This document shows, in pieces, positions 25,489-32,000 of a DNA stretch of 32,000 nt (position 1 is its first letter; each line of letters starts with the position of its first letter). Made by a program: the position numbers and the translations under genes. Origin of the DNA: Candidatus Brocadia sp. (lineage in GTDB: Bacteria; Planctomycetota; Brocadiia; Brocadiales; Brocadiaceae); assembly GCA_021650915.1 (NCBI GenBank), contig CP091279.1:1320001-1352000 (forward strand). The letters are read 5' to 3'. The notes beneath the pieces are model-generated. The model searched no databases. It worked only from the letters and a program-made list of their open reading frames with translations, and was not told the origin of the DNA.

Positions 25489-25743
25489 CTAATCTTTTCC
25501 ATGATTAACATCCTGAGGAATAGAATCATTCATTTGATCAGATTTTTTTGGTGAAGCCGTATTTGACACACTTACGATATATTTAATAAGTAGCTTGCTT
25601 AAAATACCTGCAATACAGACTATTACCACGCTTCTCATGGCTAGCATCGGTATGGATACCCCCGACATCAGTCCCATAAAACAAGAAGAAAAAAAGACAA
25701 CAACCATCAGATAAATACGTACTTTGGCTAAATCGTTCTCCAT
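25489..25743 (-). CDS. Small membrane protein (84 aa, two predicted transmembrane helices), unknown function
   Basis: There are two hydrophobic stretches (IYLMVVVFFSSCFMGLMSGV and VVIVCIAGILSKLLI) followed by a polar tail. Its stop is 36 nt upstream of the fliA ATG. I recognise no motif. Confidence 0.45.
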   Translation of the reverse strand: MENDLAKVRIYLMVVVFFSSCFMGLMSGVSIPMLAMRSVVIVCIAGILSKLLIKYIVSVSNTASPKKSDQMNDSIPQDVNHGKD

Positions 25744-25787
25744 CCAAAACCTTTGCTAAATGGTAAATTGTTCGTGAATATCCGCTC

Positions 25788-25898
25788 ACTAGTGTACAGA
25801 CATATTAATAACGAAACATATAAATGCTGTTTTGCAGCACTATATAACTATAATTGTCCATAATATATAATTCGTAATTAATATGTCTGTATACTAGT
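25788..25898. repeat. 111-bp element bounded by 22-bp inverted repeats (21/22 complementary) with a 67-nt AT-rich centre
   Basis: The left arm is ACTAGTGTACAGACATATTAAT (25788-25809). The right arm is ATTAATATGTCTGTATACTAGT (25877-25898). They are reverse complements except at one position (G/A). The centre contains a small TGCTG-TTTTG-CAGCA hairpin. The element lies between flhG and the 84-aa ORF / fliA. Confidence 0.9.
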
Positions 25899-25979
25899 AC
25901 CTGTTCAGTATCGTTCTCATAACTTTACGTTTTTATCATTTATTCGTTTTAAAACGTAGACATTCAGGTTCAAGGGATC

Positions 25980-26798
25980 CTATGGCATTCCATCGGCAAT
26001 CCTTCTGAAATATCCTTCAATTCCTAAAGCCAAAGTCCCGTCATCCTTTTTCAAAAATGACGATGCAATATTATTCAGACAACTGGTTGCTATGGTATTG
26101 GGATATTCCTTTACAAAGGATTTTTGAAGCCGGGTGGCAATAGGTACGTTTGGATCCTGAAGCAGGTATCCACAGCACTCAATATTTACATCCAGAAAGC
26201 GCCGGCTCACCAATGAAATTTTTTTCATAGTTATCTCAGCCTCTTCCCTGCTGCAAGCGAGATTTATGAGTAACTTTATATTTACGTCATTCTTCTTTTT
26301 GGAAAGGACTTTGATCATAGCATAAGCATCCGTTATCGCGGTTGGTTCAGGGGTAGTTACGAGCAATATCTCATTTGACGCAAGGACAAAACTTATCACA
26401 TTTGATGATATGCCGGCACCCGTATCCACAATGACAATATCCACTTCTTCATCCAGACCGCTAAAGCCATTCAAGAGCTGTTCCTTTTGTATCTTATTTA
26501 AATTTGTGAGCTCTTCAATACCAGAACTGGCAGGAACTACCATGATTTCATCCGGACCATACAGTATAATGTCCTTCATTTTTTTATGGCCAGCGATGAC
26601 ATCATGCAAGGTATACTCTGCATGGAAACCAAGCAACACATCAACGTTTGCAAGTCCTAAATCAAGGTCTATTAATAAAACCCTCTTTTTATACTTTCTA
26701 AAGAGCATTGCCAGATTTGTGGCTATGTTTGTTTTACCCACTCCGCCTTTACCACTCGTTACCGCAATCGTCCTTACTTTTGAAAAACCACCTGCCAT
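25980..26798 (-). CDS. flhG: MinD/ParA-type flagellar number regulator FlhG (YlxH/FleN family)
   Basis: It has the deviant Walker A (VTSGKGGVGKTNIATNLA) and LLIDLDLGLANVDVLLG. It occupies the canonical position between flhA and fliA. The N-terminus is only 9 residues before strand 1. An in-frame TGA lies 9 codons upstream of the ATG, so the ORF cannot be extended. Confidence 0.8.
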   Translation of the reverse strand: MAGGFSKVRTIAVTSGKGGVGKTNIATNLAMLFRKYKKRVLLIDLDLGLANVDVLLGFHAEYTLHDVIAGHKKMKDIILYGPDEIMVVPASSGIEELTNLNKIQKEQLLNGFSGLDEEVDIVIVDTGAGISSNVISFVLASNEILLVTTPEPTAITDAYAMIKVLSKKKNDVNIKLLINLACSREEAEITMKKISLVSRRFLDVNIECCGYLLQDPNVPIATRLQKSFVKEYPNTIATSCLNNIASSFLKKDDGTLALGIEGYFRRIADGMP

Positions 26799-26960
26799 TT
26801 TGTCTTTATCTCCAACGACATCTCACCTTGATTGAGCTAATTTTCCTCGTGGTCTACGTTTTTTCCATCCCTGGGAAAAAAATACCCTATTCCGTAGTCA
26901 TGACTATATTCGTCGAAAAATCATTTTCACATATCAACTCATGGTCTGCTACCCGCATCA

Positions 26961-29045
26961 TCATAATTTCACCATGCCTACCGGATCGATCTTAACACCT
27001 GACGATATTTCCTTATAAGACAATACAGCCACATGTGGCAATGCATTTTCAATGAGACGACGAACATGGCTTCTTATGTTGGAGGAAGTCAAAAGAACCA
27101 CTTCATGACCAACGGCGAGAGAACCTTTCACGACTTCAATTAATTTATCGATCAATTTTTGTGCCATATGCGGTTCTAAAGCTAATAAGTTTCCTCTGTC
27201 TGTTTTGTGAATTGCATTAGCAATGGTCTGCTCAAGCTGAGGATCAAGAGAAATAACACCCACCTTCCCTTCTGCATTTTGATATTTCTGACAAATAGTC
27301 CTCGACAATCTTTGCCTCACATATTCTGTCAACAACTCGGTATCCTTTGTCGTTGTTACATGATCCGCAATTGTTTCAAGTATGGTAGCCATATCACGAA
27401 TTGGTATTTGTTCCTTTAATAAATTTTTCAAAACTTCTTGTACACTGCCTAAAGGCATTACATTCGGTGTCAATTCCTCAACAACTGACGGCGACTCTTT
27501 CTTTAAATTTTCAACAAGCTTCTGCACATCTTCACGACACAGTATTTCAAATGCATGACTTTTTATAATTTCTGTAAGATGGGTAATCATAACTGAAACC
27601 GGATCAACAATGGTATATCCGGAAGCCTCTGCCTCATCTTTTTCCGCACCATGTATCCACAGGGCCGATAAACCATACGTGGGATCGGTTGTTTTAGTCC
27701 CTTCAATAGATTTTGTCGTTGCCCCTGAATCTATAGCAAGATAACACTCGGGAAAAAGATCGCCTTTTGCAACATCTTGCCCGCGTATTTTAATTGCGTA
27801 TTGATTTGCACCCAGGTGTAAGTTATCCCTTACTCTGATAGGAGGGACGAGCATGCCCATCTCTCTTGCCATTTGTCTCCGCAGGGCATTAATTCTCTCT
27901 AAAATACCACCATTTCTCTGGGGATCGACCAGTGGCACAATCTTATATCCCACTTCAATTCCCATGCGATCTACATGAAGCAGCTTTTCAACATTTTCTT
28001 CAGATGGTGGTTCTTCCGCTTTCTTTCTCGTTTCCCGCTCATTCAACGCTTCCACCGTCGACTTTTTGCTCGATTTTCTCAGCAAGAAAAACAGTATTCC
28101 AAAAAATCCTGCAAGAATCATGAAGGGTAGCTTAGGCAACCCCGGAATTATACTAAACACTGCAAGAATTCCTGATGCAAAGGCAACCGCGTTGGGCTGG
28201 CTAAACATTTGGGTTGATAAATCTCTGCCCAGATTTTCGCTTGATGATGTTTTCGTAATGATAACTGCAGATGCGGTAGCAATAACAAAAGATGGAATTT
28301 GTGATACCAACCCATCCCCCACCGTTAAAATTGTATAATGTTGCACCGCATCAGTTACTGACATGCCATGACGCATACCCATCACTATTCCACCAACAAT
28401 GTTAATGAGTACGATGACAATGCCCGCAATAGCATCCCCACTCACAAATTTACTCGCGCCATCCATTGCCCCGTGGAATTCTGCTTCTTTGGAAATCAAT
28501 TCCCTTCGATGTCTGGCCTGTTCCTCTGTAATGAGGCCGGCGTTGAGGTCTGCATCAATACTCATTTGCTTGCCAGGCATAGCATCAAGGGTAAACCTGG
28601 CGGCGACTTCAGAGATTCTTGTTGCACCCTTGGTTATCACGATAAATTGTATAACGATAATGATCAGGAAAACTACCATTCCAACAACAACATTACCACC
28701 TACTACAAACTCACCAAATGAAGCAATAACCTGCCCCCCGTACCCGTGCAACAAAATCTGTCTTGTGGATGCCACATTAAGTGACAATCGAAACAGGGTT
28801 AAAAATAACAAGATAGAGGGAAAGGTGGATAAATCAAGCGGGCCTTTTGCATGGAGAGTGACCAGCAGTAATAACAGGGTTACAGAAATGTTTACGGTGA
28901 TAAGCAAATCAAGAATAAATGGCGGTATTGGTATAATAAGCACAACAAAAATGCCTATTACTCCCGCTATGAGAGCAATCTCTCCTTGGGTTAAAAATCT
29001 GCTAATGGAGCTTTTTAGCGAAGAATTTACTTTGTCAGATGCCAT
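26961..29045 (-). CDS. flhA: Flagellar export apparatus protein FlhA
   Basis: The match is full length: eight-transmembrane N-terminal domain with FRLSLNVASTR and ARFTLDAMPGKQMSIDADL, plus a cytoplasmic C-terminal domain. Confidence 0.95.
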   Translation of the reverse strand: MASDKVNSSLKSSISRFLTQGEIALIAGVIGIFVVLIIPIPPFILDLLITVNISVTLLLLLVTLHAKGPLDLSTFPSILLFLTLFRLSLNVASTRQILLHGYGGQVIASFGEFVVGGNVVVGMVVFLIIIVIQFIVITKGATRISEVAARFTLDAMPGKQMSIDADLNAGLITEEQARHRRELISKEAEFHGAMDGASKFVSGDAIAGIVIVLINIVGGIVMGMRHGMSVTDAVQHYTILTVGDGLVSQIPSFVIATASAVIITKTSSSENLGRDLSTQMFSQPNAVAFASGILAVFSIIPGLPKLPFMILAGFFGILFFLLRKSSKKSTVEALNERETRKKAEEPPSEENVEKLLHVDRMGIEVGYKIVPLVDPQRNGGILERINALRRQMAREMGMLVPPIRVRDNLHLGANQYAIKIRGQDVAKGDLFPECYLAIDSGATTKSIEGTKTTDPTYGLSALWIHGAEKDEAEASGYTIVDPVSVMITHLTEIIKSHAFEILCREDVQKLVENLKKESPSVVEELTPNVMPLGSVQEVLKNLLKEQIPIRDMATILETIADHVTTTKDTELLTEYVRQRLSRTICQKYQNAEGKVGVISLDPQLEQTIANAIHKTDRGNLLALEPHMAQKLIDKLIEVVKGSLAVGHEVVLLTSSNIRSHVRRLIENALPHVAVLSYKEISSGVKIDPVGMVKL

Positions 29046-29091
29046 ACTTAACCCTTACCAACATTGCCTTTTCTCAGCATATAGCCAAGTA

Positions 29092-30156
29092 TCATTTTTT
29101 CAATTGATATACATACGATAATACTTTTGCCACTGCGTAGTACAACTTTTGCGGAATCTCTTTTCCGATCTCAACGGTTTTATACAATGTCTGCGCAAGA
29201 AGTTTATCTTCTACCAACGGCACCTTGTGTTTCTTTGCAATTTCTTTTATGCGCTTTGCGATAAGATCGGCCCCTTTTGCGACGACCGTGGGCGCTTTCA
29301 TCGCGGAGCCATCATATTTCAAAACAACGGCAAAATGGCTTGGATTTGTAATCACGACATCTGCTTTTGGTATTGCTGACATCATGCGTTTCATAGCCAT
29401 TTGACGCTGTATCGCCCGGATTTTTGATTTGATTAACGGATCTCCGTCCATTTGTTTTCTTTCTTCCTTTACCTCTTCTTTACTCATCCTTAAATTGCGT
29501 TTATACTGCCATTTTTGATAAAAATAATCCAAAACTGCAAGAAGTAATAATGCTGCTGATACACGGAGCGCAAGACCAATCATTAATTTTACGTTTGTTA
29601 CTAACAGTGCAGAAAGACTCTCATCGATAGTATCCACAATATCTATACGACTAAATTCTTTTTTTATATAAAAATATGAGACACCACCGACTATGATAAG
29701 CTTCAATACTGAAGCAATAAGTTTTACAAATGATCTTATGGAAAAGAGATTTTTTACTCCTGATATTATATTGAGTTTACTCAGATTAGGTTTTAACAAA
29801 CCAAAATTAAACATAAAACCGATTTGAAGATATGAAGTGACCAATCCCATCAGGAGTAATCCCCCCAAAAAGGGAGAAAGTATCTTTATTAACACGTAAA
29901 CATGATCCATCGTAATTGTTACGAGAGAGTCTGTCGTAATATCCTTACCTACAAGCCCCCCCAGGGATGATTGCATTGTTTTATGAAGACTGTTGTATGT
30001 GTTTACACCCAAGGCGTACAATAAGACAAAACCAACTAACAAGCTAGCCGCACTATTTAAATCAGGACTAAATGCAACGCTTCCCTTATTGCGTGCTTCA
30101 TCCAAACGCCTGCTGGTTGGTTGTTCCGTTTTTTCCGTGTCTGAGCCAAAAGCCAT
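29092..30156 (-). CDS. flhB: Flagellar export apparatus protein FlhB
   Basis: It has TEQPTSRRLDEARNKG at the N-terminus and four transmembrane segments. The autocleavage-site region is VITNPSHFAVVLKY (NPSH here; NPTH in the model proteins). Confidence 0.95.
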   Translation of the reverse strand: MAFGSDTEKTEQPTSRRLDEARNKGSVAFSPDLNSAASLLVGFVLLYALGVNTYNSLHKTMQSSLGGLVGKDITTDSLVTITMDHVYVLIKILSPFLGGLLLMGLVTSYLQIGFMFNFGLLKPNLSKLNIISGVKNLFSIRSFVKLIASVLKLIIVGGVSYFYIKKEFSRIDIVDTIDESLSALLVTNVKLMIGLALRVSAALLLLAVLDYFYQKWQYKRNLRMSKEEVKEERKQMDGDPLIKSKIRAIQRQMAMKRMMSAIPKADVVITNPSHFAVVLKYDGSAMKAPTVVAKGADLIAKRIKEIAKKHKVPLVEDKLLAQTLYKTVEIGKEIPQKLYYAVAKVLSYVYQLKK

Positions 30157-30162
30157 CTTGTA

Positions 30163-30951
30163 TTAACCTCGCATAACGGATAGGAATGAAGCCATACTGC
30201 TTTCAAGAGGCGTCAAATAAGATTTCATGGCATTAATCACAAAGGGAAGTGCAACAATAAGTATTAAAAACCCGATCAGTATTTTCAGAGGAAAAGCAAT
30301 AAGAAACACATTTATTTCCTGCGCAACCTTAGTCATTAATCCAAGAACTACCACGGTTAACAATAAAACGACCAGAGAAGGCGCTGATATTCTAATCCCC
30401 ATTATCAAAAATGTTTTAAAGGCGGCAAGTATCTTTGTAAGTGTTACCGTTGTATATTGAAATTGTCCGAGAGGAATTATTTCAAAACTCTGTGCCGTTG
30501 TTTTAATAAACCAATGATGTCCATTGATCGTAAAGAATATTAAAAAGGCAATCATGTTGTAAAATATTGATATTGATTGTTCTTCTTCCCCTGTCTCTGA
30601 AGATGGATCTACAATCGCAGCAGTATCAAGCCCCATTTGATTACTTATTAAATATCCTGCCATAGTAAACGTTGCAAAAATAAGCGAGGCAGCAAAACCA
30701 ATTACAGCGCCAATTGCAATTTCTTTCGTGACGATAAAAGCATATGATATAATATCCGCCGGCAACGGGGGCGAATGTTTTATTACTACCGGATAGAGAA
30801 TACACGTGAACATTAGAGAGATGGCAATCCTTATTTGTAAAGGCACATTGGCATTTCCAAAGATAGGTGCAAAAAGAAGCATCCCCCCCACGCGAAAAAA
30901 AACGATCATGAAGAATGGAAGGTTATTGATAAAATATAAAAGATTTTCCAT
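30163..30951 (-). CDS. fliR: Flagellar export apparatus protein FliR
   Basis: It is a polytopic membrane protein of FliR length, positioned between fliQ and flhB. The N-terminus FMIVFFRVGGMLLFAPIFG is typical. Confidence 0.9.
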   Translation of the reverse strand: MENLLYFINNLPFFMIVFFRVGGMLLFAPIFGNANVPLQIRIAISLMFTCILYPVVIKHSPPLPADIISYAFIVTKEIAIGAVIGFAASLIFATFTMAGYLISNQMGLDTAAIVDPSSETGEEEQSISIFYNMIAFLIFFTINGHHWFIKTTAQSFEIIPLGQFQYTTVTLTKILAAFKTFLIMGIRISAPSLVVLLLTVVVLGLMTKVAQEINVFLIAFPLKILIGFLILIVALPFVINAMKSYLTPLESSMASFLSVMRG

Positions 30952-30957
30952 GCAAAG

Positions 30958-31227
30958 TTATTGACAATATCTGGTCAGATTCTCCAGCAAATTTACCGTG
31001 TATGAAGTTATCATGCGAAGCATCCAGGGTAAGCACAACAAAAACACACCCATAACAGCAAAGATTTTTGGCAAGAAGGTAATCGTCTGCTCATGGACGC
31101 TCGTAACCGTTTGAAATATACCTATGACCAAACCAACCACCATTGCTACGACAAGCAATGGCGCCATAAGGATAACTGTTATTTGCAATAAATCTTTTCC
31201 AATATTGATAACTATCTCTGGGGTCAT
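30958..31227 (-). CDS. fliQ: Flagellar export apparatus protein FliQ
   Basis: MTPEIVINIGKDLLQITVILMAPLLVVAMVVGLVIGIFQTVTSVHEQTITFLPKI is canonical FliQ. The start is placed at the ATG at 31227, preceded by AAGGAGG with 6-nt spacing. The track start at 31260 adds 11 atypical residues. Confidence 0.9.
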   Translation of the reverse strand: MTPEIVINIGKDLLQITVILMAPLLVVAMVVGLVIGIFQTVTSVHEQTITFLPKIFAVMGVFLLCLPWMLRMITSYTVNLLENLTRYCQ

Positions 31228-31286
31228 AGCGGCCTCCTTTTGTATCCTCGCAATAAACACTGTGTAAAACTACAGCGTCATCCTCC

Positions 31287-32000
31287 TTAAGACACACTTG
31301 AAATTAAAGACTGAATAATTAATTGCCATCCATCCACCAACACAAAAAGAATCAACTTAAACGGCATGGAAATCATGGCAGGCGGCAGCATAACCATACC
31401 CATCGCAGTCAACACGCATGCAACTACCATATCAATTACAAGAAAGGGAAGGAATAGGAGAAAACCCATCTGAAATGCTGTTTTCAGTTCACTGGTAATA
31501 AAGGCTGGAATTATTATGTGTATCGGAACATCCTTTACCGATTTAGGCTTTTCCATTTTTGCAATTTTCATAAAGAGGGCAATGTCTTTTTCACGGGTCT
31601 GCTTGAGCATAAAATTTTGAAACGGAACAAGCCCCCTCTGTAATGCCTCATTCTGAGTAATTTCTTCTTTGAGGTATGGTTGAACCGCCTCGGAATTTAC
31701 CTGTTTCCATACCGGCGCCATGACAAATATGGTTAAAAAAAGTGAAATGCCAATGAGTATCTGATTCGGTGGGAGTGTTTGAAATGATAGCGCTTTGCGC
31801 ACGAAAGAAAGGACAATGATGATTCTCGTGAAGGAAGTCATTGTCAACAATAATCCAGGTAATAATGAGAGTACCGTTAAGAAAAGGACAATCTTCAAGG
31901 TACTGGCTACCTCTTTTGGTTTTCCTATATTATCGATACTCATGGTTAATTTCAATGGCACTGAAGCCTCGTTGGCAGCCTGCACTATATCCATACAGCC
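31287..32000 (-). CDS. fliP: Flagellar export apparatus protein FliP (5' end beyond the right window edge)
   Basis: It has TLKIVLFLTVLSLLPGLLLTMTSFTRIIIVLSFVRKALS and FMAPVW...PAFITSELKTAFQMGFLLFLPFLVIDMVVA. The reading frame stays open to nt 32000 and no signal peptide is seen, so the gene is partial. Confidence 0.9.
   Translation of the reverse strand, partial: GCMDIVQAANEASVPLKLTMSIDNIGKPKEVASTLKIVLFLTVLSLLPGLLLTMTSFTRIIIVLSFVRKALSFQTLPPNQILIGISLFLTIFVMAPVWKQVNSEAVQPYLKEEITQNEALQRGLVPFQNFMLKQTREKDIALFMKIAKMEKPKSVKDVPIHIIIPAFITSELKTAFQMGFLLFLPFLVIDMVVACVLTAMGMVMLPPAMISMPFKLILFVLVDGWQLIIQSLISSVS

Noticed and set aside
25779-25789. The minus-strand string GTGAGCGGATA, followed a few nt later by AACAATTT, is identical to pieces of the E. 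coli lac operator O1. Two SpeI sites (ACTAGT) lie at the ends of the inverted repeat.
   Set aside because: An 11-mer match to one specific operator can occur by chance in 64 kb of two-strand sequence. The lacO symmetry is broken by a 7-nt insertion, and no LacI-family gene or vector sequence is nearby. I treat it as coincidence rather than an engineered insert or a LacI-type operator.
25945-25956. The perfect 12-bp palindrome CGTTTTAAAACG just downstream of flhG as a terminator.
   Set aside because: As RNA it leaves no loop and at most a 4-bp stem. It could be a protein-binding site, but a 12-bp AT-rich palindrome in an AT-rich spacer is not compelling on its own. It is mentioned under the inverted-repeat finding.
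26859-26882. TTTTTTCC-ATCCCTG-GGAAAAAA hairpin in the flhA-flhG spacer as a terminator or attenuator.
   Set aside because: The stem is almost entirely A-U with only two G-C pairs. There is no separate downstream U tract on the sense (minus) strand beyond the stem itself. It is too weak to call.
29350-29400. The FlhB autocleavage motif reads NPSH instead of NPTH.
   Set aside because: This is a conservative Thr-to-Ser change. The Asn-Pro scissile bond and the His are retained. It is probably functional and not noteworthy without comparative data.
23433-32000. Impression that the flagellar block is more AT-rich than the housekeeping block, which could suggest horizontal acquisition.
   Set aside because: I hand-counted a handful of 60-nt lines. 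Flagellar lines gave 32-40% GC but also 53-55%. Housekeeping lines gave 50-58% but also 37%. The ranges overlap, and membrane-protein codon bias (Ile, Phe, Leu) could explain a shift. A sliding-window GC and codon-usage computation is needed before claiming anything.
1-32000. Visual search for CRISPR arrays, tRNA/rRNA genes, riboswitches (c-di-GMP, Moco) and tandem repeats.
   Set aside because: I saw no regularly spaced direct repeats and no GGTTCGAATCC-type T-arm motifs. The spacers upstream of the candidate regulated genes contain no conserved riboswitch cores; for example, only 52 nt precede the molybdoenzyme gene. A tRNAscan/Infernal run would be needed to make this definitive.

Overview
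Most of this window is conserved bacterial backbone, with one small accessory patch at the left edge. No rRNA, tRNA or CRISPR array was recognised by eye.

**Layout**
- **1-2200, accessory patch:** the 3' part of a group II intron whose reverse transcriptase (RT) carries a 1-nt frameshift. It is followed by an orphan antitoxin-like gene, a 44-aa HTH-like ORF and a Nudix-like gene with a degenerate Nudix box.
- **2227-14800, minus strand, tightly packed:** rpmE, prfA, prmC, murA, then a NasA/NarB-type molybdopterin nitrate reductase. Next come a PAS-GAF-PAS-GGDEF-EAL protein, a stand-alone GAF-PAS protein with a Cys/His cluster, ptsN, a CNNM/CorB-like DUF21-CBS transporter and rlmI.
- **15026-23314, plus strand:** ffh, rpsP, trmD, rplS (no rimM), yraN, a TatD-radical SAM fusion, a small GNAT acetyltransferase and priA.
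- **23433-32000, minus strand, flagellar export and regulation cluster:** fliP (partial), fliQ, fliR, flhB, flhA and flhG. A 111-bp inverted-repeat element follows, then an 84-aa membrane ORF, fliA, a charged 93-aa ORF and an HD-GYP phosphodiesterase.

**Candidates for something undescribed**
I cannot demonstrate a new system from sequence alone. The best candidates are:
1. The fliA / 93-aa ORF / HD-GYP module. It goes together with an flhG that has no flhF partner and no N-terminal activator helix, and with the 22-bp-armed inverted repeat that splits the cluster.
2. The yraN / TatD-radical SAM fusion / GNAT neighbourhood.
3. The nitrate-reductase / c-di-GMP / GAF-PAS(Cys) / PtsN / CNNM gene string.

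All functional calls come from motif recognition in the supplied translations. No database search was run.
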